Assembly: GCA_000934665.2 (NCBI GenBank)
Contig: KZ538585.1
Coordinates: 48,947 to 68,946 of the forward strand
Source of the DNA: Catajapyx aquilonaris
Taxonomy: Eukaryota
Direction: 5' to 3'
Length of the DNA: 20,000 bases
The notes beneath the pieces are model-generated. The model worked only from the letters and a program-made list of their open reading frames with translations. It was not told where the DNA came from and searched no databases. The translations under genes were made by a program, and so were the position numbers. Positions 1 through 11,019 of the stretch are shown one piece after another. How positions within the stretch are numbered: the first letter of the stretch is position 1; each line of letters begins with the position of its first letter.

Positions 1-128
1 AAATGAACTGCTCGAAAATAGTCACACTAATAATAGTTGGTGCCAAACAATTTATTAGCATAATTTAATATTTACGTTGCTTATAGTGTGCGCAGATTTT
101 TTTAAAAAATTTTTTGGAACACCCTGTA
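1..128. mobile_element. Probable right end of a CAGGGTG-type (Tc1/mariner-like) non-autonomous element, truncated by the window edge
   Basis: GGAACACCCTG|TA ending at 126-128 matches the right end of the element at 10094-10221 (GGAGCACCCTG|TA). Left end not visible. Confidence 0.4.
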
Positions 129-769
129 GATGGGCACATATAATTGGCCGTGTCCCCTGTGAAGATGAGAGGAAATTCCGACCGATCCAAGCTTGAGGAA
201 ACTGGGGTTCAATGAAGTGTGAAGCAGTGTGATGCATGGCGGAACCATTTTTCACCAATCACGTCTCTTGGCATTAAAAAAAAAAATCTTTAAGGTATTG
301 GGGGGGGGGGGGGNGGGGACCGACAGAAAGAAAATTTTCCCAACAATCGATCAAATTTTGCCATGGGGGTGCTCCCTTTCGTTGTTCTCAAAGAAAAAAA
401 AATGAGTCTTACCTTGCATAAAGTAGGAAGGAACCCACCTATTTTGAAGCAGAAGAAGAAGAAGAAAAAAAGTTCTAACGGTGGTTTGTGATTTGATGAC
501 TCTCCGTTTTTGTTTATTAGCCTCTAGCCTAGTTAGGTGTCCCGTTAAAATTTTTACGAGAGGAAAGCATTCTTCTTGTTGTTTACATCTTTGTAAAAAA
601 AAAGAAAAGAAGTTCAGAGCACATGAGGAATGTGCAGGTGCACTGAACAGATGTCAAAACTTGGCAACACTGCTCGGGATGTCCATGATTCGCTCGTAGA
701 TGGCGCAACCTCCCTTTCTGCACACTGCTGCCACTCTCAGGGTTATACGATGGGTAGTGGTACTACAGA

Positions 770-963
770 TGAAAATTTTTAATGAACGGAAATGAGTGCG
801 CAGGGTTCACATTATCAACGATACTGTAGCTGGTAAGCTCTGTGGGTATACTGCGCTGCACTTATTTCCAACGCTACGTTTGCGACGTTGTCAACGTTGT
901 CGGAACAATGGAGCTGCGCGAGTGTGGGTGCGCACTCGGTTGGGCTCGTAAAAAAAAATCGTC
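770..963 (-). mobile_element. Fold-back/MITE-like repeat family A, copy 1
   Basis: Reverse complement shares GCGCACCCACACTCGCGCAGCT, CGTCGCAAACGT and ACGTAGCGTTGGAAATA with 14436-14670, and related blocks with 15421-15760. Boundaries approximate. Confidence 0.7.
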
Positions 964-2029
964 TACATCACTTACACTGTATGAGGTCAGGGCGTAGCAT
1001 AGTGTTGCCCTTATTCTCTCCCAATTGCCGTCCTCCACACACATGCACTCATGGTCCCCCAGCATATGTATAGATGAATGGCACGGCTATATAACTAATT
1101 GCTATAGGCCCCCATATACATCAATGGTGGAAGTTGAGTGGAGGTTTCCCTTTTGGCAGCCCGACTTCCAAAGAAACACTCTCTGGAAGGGAGCCCACAG
1201 GTGATGGAACCCGTCCAAAATCAGCACCGTTCTCCTCTTTTCGTGCATAGTCACTTTCTGCTATTTCCAATCCTGAATTTTTGCAACCAGTTTTACTGTA
1301 CATTGCAGATTAAGTTTGTACCAATAATTGTAGGGTTCACGTATTAAGCTGCTTACTTATAGATCATTAGTTGCTAATATCTTCAAAATGGCTGCTTACA
1401 ATTGGGGACATAACTTTTTTTTTAAAATTACGACATAATGAGTAATTGTTTGCATCATTGTTTGCTCCAGAATCTAGTGTAAATAAAGAAGCAACACCTT
1501 GTACATACAGTGAGTGTTACGACAGGTGACGTTTTTTTTGGCATGTTTGTGGGGATTAGCAACTAAAAAGGTCGCGCGTCAAAGTTTGTGCGCATAATAA
1601 TTTTTAGTCGTTATCGGTCGTGGTTGGTGCAATAGGCCGTTGGCTCCGGCCAAAAAAGATAATTGTTTGCAGAGTGAGAAAACCGGAAAAAGTTGGGTAC
1701 AACACTCCCTCGCGAGATAATGAAAACTAGTGCTATAATAGATTCATTACGCATGCACCGCCTGCACTCACTGTGAGAGCTATACACTTGATTATCCTTT
1801 TATTTTTGTAAGCAGAGATGTTACAATATTTCGGCAACCCTGATCGGCCAGTCTGACATTAAAAGCAATTCTTGACCAAAGTTGTCCCGTGTGAACGAGC
1901 CTCTTTTGGACACGGAGCACACCGAAGGTTGCAATAATTGAAATGCTGTAGTAGTTGTCAGCAATTTTTTGGGCATTAACATCGTATATTTTAACCAGTT
2001 ATTTAAGCGGCTATAAAAAGTATTGATTA

Positions 2030-2700
2030 GATTTGCTAAACTCTAATATTAGATAGCCAACTAAAAGTAACTGTTTAAAATATGCAACTTGGTGCCCAAA
2101 AACCGCTAACCAGTACGGTGAGGCAACAAAAATAGATCATAGGCCTCCCTTCATCGCTAGCTAATATTTCTGATAGCAACTAAAAGTAACTGCTTAAAAA
2201 TATAGGGTCAAAAATCGCTAACCACAAGCATAACAAAATGTAGATCTTGACCTGCCTTCAGCGCTACAGTTATCGTGACCTGAGTATAGCATCTTAGAAT
2301 ACTCTTTTGATAGCAACTAAAAGCAACTGCTTTAAAAAAAAGGGAGGGACAGAGTGCCGAAAAGTGCTATAGAGATCAATATGGCCATGACTTCAGTGCT
2401 ACAGTTATCGTGACCTCAGTATAGCAGCTAATACTATTTTGATGTCAACTAAAAGCAACTGCTTAAAAAGGGGGTACATAGTGCCGAAAATTGCTATAGA
2501 GATCATCAGATCAGCGCTACAGTTATCGTGATTTGAGAATAGCAGCTAATACTTTTGATGGCAATTAAAAGTAACTGATTAAAATGTGTATAGTGCCAAT
2601 GCGGATCATATGACATATACGGTGTGCCTTCCAGCGCTACAGTTATCGTGACTTGAGTGTAGCAGCTAATAGTTGAGAGAGTCACTGAAGCTAATATTGG
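2030..2700. repeat. Degenerate tandem array (~120-135 bp units) of the dispersed AT-rich repeat
   Basis: Repeated GATAGC(A/C)ACTAAAAGTAACTG(C/T)TTAAAA-like blocks. CAG(C/T)GCTACAGTTATCGTGA starts at 2259, 2394, 2512 and 2632. Confidence 0.85.
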
Positions 2701-3547
2701 ACACAATGCGCCTCTGAGGCCAAATGCACTACGTGTGAACGACCCGAACTGCCCTAGTCCAACTGAACATGCATGACGGGAGTTTCTGATGAATTCCTGG
2801 AAGCCCCAAACCCCGAAATAATCGAGTGCTACAGGTTGTTTTTTTTATTATATTATTAACTATAGAGAAGTGGCATGTCGTGACGTCAGACAATCCGTGA
2901 CAAGCCAAACGGGACTTGGCATATACACGCAGGGGGGTGGCCAGGGAAGGAAAAATTTATTCAAATATAGCGAAAGACATGTTTCTATTTTTATGCCCGA
3001 ATAATCGCTCCCAGTTTATATTTCTAGAGCTATAGACAGTTTAGGGGGGTGGGTGGGGAAAAGGTCAATGACTCCTTATCGAAAAAGACAGGGTTTGTCC
3101 TTTGCTATCACCCATTTTTTTTTTTTTTTTCGTTCTGTCTCTCTTCTTCACCCCCACACCCTCTATACCCCCCTCACCTTTTTTTTGTGGGGGCCTTCCG
3201 CCTGTCAGGACAAAGACCCGAAGAGTGGGGGAGGGACACATTAGTTGGAAGCCAGTCGGGATCATTGCGAGACTTGAGCGATTTTCGTTCATGAATGGAA
3301 ACCTGTCGCTGGACTCAGTCGCTATTCCGGACCACACATGCCGAAGGTTATCTGCGATGCCCAAAACGTGAGCACAAAATTTTGCCCCAAAAAATAATAA
3401 TCAGTAGGTCTACATACACAAAAGTGTACATAAAAAATAATAATCCGTACAGGATGTATATGTTTCGCGATTTTTCGCACAAAGCTCGTTACCCTTAGCC
3501 ATTAAAAACTTAAAAGGTGCCGCTATTCGTCCTAATAATATACGGTA

Positions 3548-3660
3548 GGGTTGAATTTTCGTCCCACTGCTACTGCTAGCTTAGCGATACCAGTGTTGCC
3601 AATGGTATAGGGGCTACTGCTAAGTTAGTAGTTGCTAGCAGTGGGACGAAAATTCCACCC
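3548..3660. mobile_element. MITE family B, copy 1 (113 bp)
   Basis: TIRs GGGTTGAATTTTCGTCCCACTGCTA ... TAGCAGTGGGACGAAAATTCCACCC. Second copy at 13717-13814. Confidence 0.85.
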
Positions 3661-4245
3661 ATAATTTTTAATTTAATATAAAAGGGTTGTTCCGTGGCTT
3701 CGTACAGGGTAGACAAGAATGTGCTAAGAGGAAAGGGGTTGCCCACAGAGTACGTCACAGTGGTAGGGGGTTGATGCGAGAGTGACACACCGTGACATGG
3801 AGGAGGGTTTGGTCCGTGTTACGTCCGTGTAAGGCATACAGTGAAATTTAGTAAACTAGAACTGGTCAATTGATAAATATTAACATTTAACAATAATTCG
3901 TAGCAAAATCGAGCAATTAATTGTATAAAATTTAGCAATTAATTGTAACAACATTTAGTGATAATTAGGAACAAAATGCAACAATTTCTTAGTAAAGAAA
4001 TGAGTCATAATGAGGGAATACAGTACAGAAATGACGTGCACTGTATATTCTCGTGTGTACTGTATATGGCAGCAGGCTACTTTTTCTTAATTGAGGGGTG
4101 TCAGACCCAGTGTGACTATACGCGACGTGGGGGGTACGGTGGAGGTCGAGCAAAGCCACCCAGTCAAGGTGACATACACAGGGAAAAAAAAGTCCAGGTG
4201 CAATAAACTTAAAAATTCGGGTGACAACTAAACGCTCCTGATTGG

Positions 4246-4353
4246 CTGGTAACATTTATTCAGCTGGCCATATTTACCTGGCAACATTTAGTCAGCTGGC
4301 AACATTTGCTTTCTTCACCTGGCAACATTTGCTCTCCTTCATCTGGCACCCTG
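4246..4353 (+). repeat. Short tandem array of CTGGCAACATTT-like units
   Basis: About six variants (ctggtaacattt, ctggccatattt, ctggcaacattt x3, ctggcaccctg) at irregular 14-23 bp spacing. Confidence 0.7.
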
Positions 4354-4356
4354 ATA

Positions 4357-4545
4357 CCACCCTGTCACACAGAGTGTACTCTATAAAAAATAAACAAATA
4401 AAAAATGCAAATAAAATGTTGTGGAAATGGATAGGTTTATATTTAAAAATATATCCCTACCCATGTCCGTAACATTTTATACATTTAATTAATTAATTAA
4501 TTTTAGTTTTAATTTATAGAGTACACGCTCTGTGGGACAGGGTTG
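4357..4545. mobile_element. TA-flanked MITE (Tc1/mariner-like, 189 bp)
   Basis: TA|CCACCCTGTCACACAGAGTGTACTCTATAAA ... TTTATAGAGTACACGCTCTGTGGGACAGGGTTG|TA. TA at 4355-4356 and 4546-4547, AT-rich interior. Confidence 0.8.
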
Positions 4546-4833
4546 TACGCCCCCCAATGTTGCCAACCCCCGTTCAAATAGCTCAAGTTACATTCCCACG
4601 GGCCCAATTTCCTCCTAATTACTCCCACTGTAGCCAACCCCCCTATCAAAATTTGGCAACCCTTCCTTATAGCGTGCAAAACTCTCTTCTCTCAACCCCC
4701 CTCCCCCTGGAAGCAACCATGTGGCCGGCTGAGGGTCAACGACCGCCAGACGCAAGCAAAGCTGGGGAAAAGAGAAAAGGAGGGGGGCTGGTTGAGGGGG
4801 GGCGCGGAGGGTAGGGGGCGGAAAATCGACCTG

Positions 4834-4853
4834 TGACGTCAGTGGGACGTCAC
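4834..4853. promoter_or_regulatory. Paired CRE/ATF-like sites in a GC-rich patch
   Basis: TGACGTCA at 4834-4841 and GACGTCAC at 4846-4853. Another TGACGTCA lies at 2881-2888. Motif match only. Confidence 0.3.
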
Positions 4854-5431
4854 GGGGAGATCCCGGAAGAGAGAAAGCCGCAACTGATTCAGTGTTGCCA
4901 GATGCCGGACGCTCCTGCCCTCTCTGCGCCCAATTCACAACTAGTTTCACTTCAAGGGCAAGGATCTTTATGACGAAAAAAAGCGGGGCCGGGTTGCCAT
5001 TTACATACGCCATCTCTCTCCAATAAGATTTACAGCCAAGTTTTTTTTTTGCGGTTCGTTTTATTAATCGAAGGTACACATAGATTGCAAAAAAAAAAGT
5101 GTTGATTCAAGTGCTATCACATTGCCCTTGCTTTTTTATAGGGGAGGCATTGACCGGGTTGGTAAACATGGGGCTTGTTTTGTCCTTATTTACTTTTCCG
5201 TAGTATTTGTGGGCGGGCTTCAAGGGCAATGCGAGGATCCAAAAAATTTGTTTGGAGGACATGTGATTTATTTTTTTTTGCCAAAATAAACTTATTGACT
5301 TATCAAGTCCCCCAATATGTCCGTTGAGTCGTCAAACTCCCGCATCGGCGCTGGGTTGCCCTGTGAAAGAGTAAAAAATAATATGAATTAGATTAAGCAA
5401 ACGATTGGTTAATTAAAAAATAAAAATTAAT

Positions 5432-5570
5432 GGCCGGTTTCACCGAGCAGGTTACATTATAAATCCGAGTTTCTTTTCGGAAAATCCTTACGTTTGATTG
5501 TTGTCAACAATAATTGCTATGCTTATATAACTGAGGTTCTAAATTATAACCAGGTTGGTGAAACCCGACC
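5432..5570. mobile_element. Degenerate MITE (possibly PIF/Harbinger-like termini)
   Basis: GGCCGGTTTCACC...CAGGTTA at the left and TAACCAGGTTGGTGAAACCCGACC at the right form imperfect TIRs. TAA-like flanks. Confidence 0.55.
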
Positions 5571-5602
5571 TAAGCAACAGCCTAACTGATTGGTTAATTA
5601 AC

Positions 5603-5750
5603 TCCAGTTGCACCACCACACTTACAGGGATTGATTAAATGTCCGATATCCCCAATCTTTTTAACGGGCGGTTAAAAGCTAATTCAGTTTCACAAAAACG
5701 AAACTCTTAACCGCCCGTTTAAAAAAAATAACAGTGGTGCAATCGGACCC
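5603..5750. mobile_element. Degenerate fold-back MITE
   Basis: Outer TTGCACCAC ... GTGGTGCAA. Inner inverted repeat TTAACGGGCGGTTAA (~5661-5675) / TTAACCGCCCGTTTAA (~5707-5722). Confidence 0.55.
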
Positions 5751-6412
5751 ATGTTATAATATTGCGCGCATAAACTAACCAAAGGCAGATCTCTCAACTA
5801 AATACAGTAGTCGCTAAAAATAACTGCTTAATGAAAGTCGCACATTGATATAGCTATGACTGTTAGTATTAAGCGGCTTATTGGTGGTCTGGATAACAGC
5901 TTAAAATACCTGCTTAATAAGCCACCTAGCCATGGTTTAAATACCGGTAGCTGATTAATAATAAAAAGCAGTTTATAGTGCGATTAATAGTTTCAATTAA
6001 CGGAACCAATCAGTGTTTACCATCAGGGGTGCAAACCTGTCCTAACATGGAGTTCTAGAAGGAGCAGGTCACAAAAACGGGTGTAAAACCGGCCCTAAAC
6101 CCATGACTCATGGCGCTTTTCCGTGGTTCGCAATTCTTCACGGCCATGCTGTATATAAAAAGCCGGCCGTTTTTCCTCAGAAAAATCGTGACCATCTTTT
6201 AAAATGGGGGTTGGCTTGCATGGGGTCACGGCCTCAAAAAAATAGAGTCTCACTTTCATGTGTGCCCATATGCGATGCACGTGTGTATTGTTGCGTGTGT
6301 GACGATGGACACGGGCCATTTGGTCGAATAATCGGAGCGTGTCCTTGACCATGCGATTGGCTATACTGGGGAGCCTGGTGAATATATATTTGTTTTTTAA
6401 ATAAAGTGCGCG

Positions 6413-6430
6413 TGACCTTTGACCCAGTTA
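6413..6430 (-). promoter_or_regulatory. Composite nuclear-receptor element: RORE-type extended half-site plus perfect DR1
   Basis: Minus strand reads TAACT-GGGTCA-A-AGGTCA. Confidence 0.5.
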
Positions 6431-7204
6431 ACACGCTCTGAAAGAGAAGCGATCGGAAACGTGTAGGGCGGTACAAAGTGCTCGAGTACGCAGTATATTT
6501 GCTTCTCTTTCTAATCTGGTTGCTTGCTGGAGTGAACAATCTATAGTATATTACCATTGATTGAGGTACAGTCCATCAGCTTCTGTAATGCATCCTTTCC
6601 CCCCCAGAAAGGTTAATCCGGTAACTTAAGCCGGGCCATAAATCACCGCAGTAGGTCAATGGGCTGAATGGAGGTTTTAAAAACAACCGCACGCCATGGT
6701 AACCCTGTTCATCCTGGGAGTGGCTCATTGCACTGTACACACTTAAAATAAAGGGCAATAAAAATGTTGGCCACCCGCTATTAGTTGACCCGACCTTTTG
6801 CAGGGTCAACCAACACTCAAAGCATGTCCATGAGTGCCAGCTGAAAATTAGTGACATCTTGCTGCTGGCACCCCTGCTCACAGGTTAAAGATCACGTGAT
6901 CAACAAGGATGCCAACTGAGTCCTTCAGCGCTACAGTTATCGTGACTCGAGTGACTGCAGACTTTTTCCGGGATCAAGTTTGTTTCCGTATCATACGTTG
7001 TACGTCACAACGTGTGATAGTGAATGGCGTATTTTCTGAGGCATGTTGTATGCTGAAATTGTGGCAAGGACTTATGCACGTGACGCAAGTGTCTCTTAAT
7101 ATATTATCCTTGTCGATTCCTCCAGAACACCATCATTCGTGAAGCAGGTTGGCTTCCTTTTTGCTGAGCTGAGGGCACACTGTAAAACGGCACTGCCCTC
7201 TACG

Positions 7205-7225
7205 TTCTAGGTCAAGGTGAGGTCA
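7205..7225 (+). promoter_or_regulatory. Composite nuclear-receptor element: near-DR0 and perfect DR5
   Basis: TTCT-AGGTCA-AGGTG-AGGTCA, giving AGGTCA at 7209-7214, AGGTGA at 7215-7220 and AGGTCA at 7220-7225. Confidence 0.45.
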
Positions 7226-7424
7226 GCCACCCTTCAGAGCATGCTGACTTCATGCAGCCTCTCTTTTCACCCTGTACTTTCCCAGCAGCCCTTACGTGAT
7301 TGGCAAGGGGGGGAATGAGGCGGAGAAAGGTGCGCACTTCCACTTTCACGCACCCACCCCAGAACCTCTACTTCCAAAAGAAGTTCAGGGTCAATTCCGC
7401 AGAAGAAACATAAGAGACGATGTC

Positions 7425-8050
7425 CACTAAGCTGCTTATTATGAAGTTACTTCGAACCATTTTCAAAATTAACAACTTATCAATAAGTTACTTTCAGCAA
7501 TTTTCAAAATTAATAACTGCTGGTCAAGACGTTACTTTTCACAGTCTTCAAAAAGTATTAGCTGCTTTATATTAGGCGGAGTTACATTCAGCAATTTTTC
7601 AAAGCTGCTTATATATTAGGTTATTGGTGACTGGTTACCAATTTATACCACTAATAAGCTGCTTATTAGAAAGTATTAGCTACGTGACAGAATTGATTCA
7701 GACTATTTTCTAGCGCATTAGCTACACTTGTGAGGCACTTGCTTTCAGCATTTTTCGAAAGCATTAGCTGCACACATTAGTGACTGGCGAGCAATTTTTG
7801 CCATTATGCTGCTATTAGAATGAGTTACTTTTAACAAATTTCAAAAGTATATTAGCTACTTAACAGAATGGCTTGTCACAGTTTCAACTATATTAGCTGC
7901 TTATTAGAATGAGTTACTTTTAACAAATTTCAAAAGTGTATTAGCTACTAAACAGAATTGCTTGTAACAGTTTTCAACTATATTAGCTGCTTATTGCTGG
8001 GTTACTTTTAGTACTTAAGTGTTAGCTGCTTACCAAAAGTTACTTTTAGT
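7425..8050. repeat. Degenerate tandem array of the dispersed AT-rich repeat, with an internal ~89-bp near-identical duplication
   Basis: Recurring AAAAGTATTAGCTGCTTATTAG..AAGTTACTTTTA(A/G)CA. Segment ~7813-7901 is repeated at ~7902-7995. Confidence 0.85.
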
Positions 8051-8999
8051 CGTCTTCGAACGTAGGCCTATTCTACGAAGCTTCGTATATTACGTACGTA
8101 CGTATGAAGGTATACCGATACTTTTAGCATAATTATTTTGAAATCTTTTTGTTGCCTATAGCCACTTTCAGCATAATTCCTTAGCTGCTGGGTCAATTTT
8201 TGTGCAAAAATTGATTTCCGGCCATATTGAGTACCTCGGGAGCAACAAAATAGCGCGCAGATACTTGGCGGCGTTGCCAAATTTGCACAACATGTGATCG
8301 ACCCTCCACGACCCGCCCTTTTGAGTAGATGAGTCAGAGGTAGAGTTGAGTGACTGGTAGGGTGTAACTGCGACATTACTCGAAACGGAACCTGCACCAT
8401 GCACGATCAGGCAACACCGGCACGCGCCGCTGGTTGCAGATTTTTCCAACCCTGTCCGGTTGCAAACAGTGTTTCTCAAGACAGGTGCCCCTGACTCGTC
8501 GCTCATCCACGGGCCTAATCGGACGCCACTAGGACCATCTCTCCCTCCCCCCAAAAAATATTTTCGCATAATTTATTCTTGGAGGAACATAATAAGAGAT
8601 GGCACCATCATACCAGCCTATCAATCTACTTGGATTTAGAGGTCAGTAGGTGCAACATTTTAAAAGTGACCCGTCGTAAAAACTGGTCGTTAAAAAAGCA
8701 TGTCTCGACGGATGAAGCTTAAGGGGGTGACCCCAGTGGGCGACCTTTGCTTAGTTCCGGGTTTTGCCAACAGATGTGGCGGACATGTGCGCCCGCCCGT
8801 AAGACGAAATCGTGGAAGACTCGCGAACGGCACGTGTTTTCATTCACTGCAAGACTATACTGGACTCAGGGGGAGGTCAAGCACTCCCTGGTCTAAACAA
8901 TGCGTAGTTGAAGGCCTCGTTACTTCACAAGTTACGTGTTGGTACCACTGCTGGCCAATCTTAGTGGCCAATACAAGCTGTATAAAATTTTCGGTTTCT

Positions 9000-9680
9000 A
9001 TTTTGCCACCTAGAAGCTGCTTAGGAAGAAGTTACTTTTAGCAGTTTCGAAAGTATCAGCTGCTTATGAAAAGTGACTTTTAACAGCTTTCAAATGCATT
9101 AGCTGCTTATTAGGAAGTTGCTTTGAGCAATTTCCAAAAGCATTCCCTGCGCTAATAATATTAGGTTCTTAGCATATGGTTATCTATTTTTGCCACTAAA
9201 CTGCATGTTAGAAAGTTACTTTTAGCAGTTTCAGAAGTATTAGCTGCTTACAAAAAAGTTACTTTTAACAGTTTTGGAAAAGTATAAGCTGCTTATTAGG
9301 AAGCTACTTTTATGGAATCTCAAAAGGTGCTATAATATTAGATTCCTAGCGTCTGGCTAGCTATTTTATTGCCACTAAACTGATTATTAGACAGTTACTT
9401 TAAGCGCCACTATGCCGCTTATGAGAAAGTTTAGTAATTTTAAAAGTATTAGCTACTAATTGTAACAGGTGTCAAAAGTATTAGCTAGCTATTAATTTTA
9501 ACATGTGTCAAAAGTATTGGCTACTGATTCATATGAGAATAAAGTATTACTGCTTCTTAGGAAGTTGTATTTCCAACAGTTTTCAAAGGTATTAGCTGCT
9601 CATATTAGCTTAGTGATTAGCGATTTTTGCCACTAAGCCGCTTATTATTATGAGAAATTAGTTGTTTTTAGTGATTAAGA
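9000..9680. repeat. Degenerate tandem array of the dispersed AT-rich repeat
   Basis: Same core (AAGTTACTTTTAGCAGTTTC..AAGTATTAGCTGCTTA) plus repeated TTTGCCACTAA blocks. Confidence 0.85.
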
Positions 9681-10093
9681 GCGTAAATAGGAAGACATGC
9701 GGTCGGGTCAGTTTGTCTGTGTTGGCAATGTAAGAAACCAAATAGTGGACTGGGTCCAGTTTCCTCCGTGTCGTGTGAATGTATATCGCAAAGTTACTGA
9801 TATGATCTGATGATGTAATAAGGGAAGATAGCTGGTTTGAAACGTGCCCCTTTACCTCCCCTAGCAAGAAATTCAGGTTGAAAAGTGCGCAAATCAATTA
9901 TTCGGAGCCATATTTTCGTGCCCTGTTTTGTGCTGTTGTCCAACTTGATGATCACTTTTGCTGTCAAGGCGCACGTTCACTCGAGGGTCTAACTATAGGC
10001 CCATAACAAGCAGGGTCAGTTCTAAGTTTGGCTGCACAGTGACTGCACTGTACGAGGGTACTGTAAGTATCGCAAAAAAGGGCCGGGACTCTA

Positions 10094-10221
10094 CAGGGTG
10101 TTTCACTCACCAAAAACCCTGAAGAAGTTACGGACTGTTTCTTCCATCAAAAACCAGCAAGCTAAATAAGGTTGCTGGGGTAAACAATTCCGCACTTTCC
10201 GGCGGGTTGCGGAGCACCCTG
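10094..10221. mobile_element. TA-flanked MITE with CAGGGTG termini (Tc1/mariner-like, 128 bp)
   Basis: TA|CAGGGTGTTTC ... GGAGCACCCTG|TA, with TA at 10092-10093 and 10222-10223. Confidence 0.65.
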
Positions 10222-11019
10222 TACATTCTAAAGGTCAGACGCGAGTGTTATTTTCGGGTGAGCGACTGTAAATGGTTCTTATGCCTCTGATTTCCAACTC
10301 CGATAACTTGGAAGGATGTACCAAGTGCATTGAGAATTTTTTGTGTGCAACAAAACGTGTTAAAAATTTGCACTCAAAAGTTTGACCCACTTTTCTTTTT
10401 AACTGGGCATTACATCCCCTGGAGGGAGGCTGCACACACATACACACACACACACAATTTTCGCAAACAGATGGGTGGGAAAAACCATCTGTCCCACAAA
10501 ACTTTTGCACCGAAATTTGCCTGTCGCATCTGTTGTTTTGGTGTTGTCGGAGAGGGTCGCATATTTTTTTTTTTGATGGAGTAGTACTATATGTTGGGAA
10601 GGGGTTATTCCCATAGTTTTGACGGTCACATGGACCCCGCGAAAAAGTGACTTTCGCAGCCTTGACTCGGCAGCCAACCCCCCCCCCCCCCCCTTTTAAT
10701 TCCTCTCCTTTTTTTTTCGCACAGCCTCACATAGAGTTGGCAACAATCCCAAGAGGACGCCCCTGACCCGCACTGCCGTAATTGACTATTTCCGTTCTCT
10801 CCTTTTATACCCGGCCCGGTCGGCACGTATGACATGCACCATCACTCCCAAACAATTGCCAAAATATCTTGCAACAAGTCCTGTGCTGCTCCCAAATAAT
10901 TACTATTGGAAGCAAAGATTCCAATAGGAAACCATCGCACGACAAGAGTTTTCCAGTTGGCACCTTGCTGCCTGATGTATGCCAAGTGCACGCGGCCAAT
11001 TTATTTATTTTTTTAGTTG

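Noticed and set aside
300..318. Long G homopolymer containing an N
   Set aside because: Low-quality homopolymer in the assembly. No function can be inferred.
2259..2655. CRISPR-like regularly spaced ~21-bp repeats
   Set aside because: Intervening sequences are ~100 bp and homologous to each other, the context is eukaryotic, and there are no cas genes. It is a tandem repeat.
3734..3830. Possible further decayed MITE (TACGTCAC...GGGGG...GTGAC pattern, similar near 4010-4200)
   Set aside because: Too degenerate to define termini or TSD by eye.
4615..5079. 154-aa minus-strand ORF
   Set aside because: Stop-poor GC-rich patch giving a Pro/Gly-rich nonsense-like peptide with no recognisable homology.
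6152..6185. TATA-box-like TATATAAAAAG as an Hr4 promoter
   Set aside because: No well-positioned consensus Inr. It sits at the centre of a degenerate inverted repeat (ACGGCC...GGCCGT), and such words are common in AT-rich DNA.
8054..8116. Cluster of short palindromes (TACGAAGCTTCGTA, TACGTACGTACGTA)
   Set aside because: Short and low-complexity, at the edge of a repeat array. Most likely slippage products.
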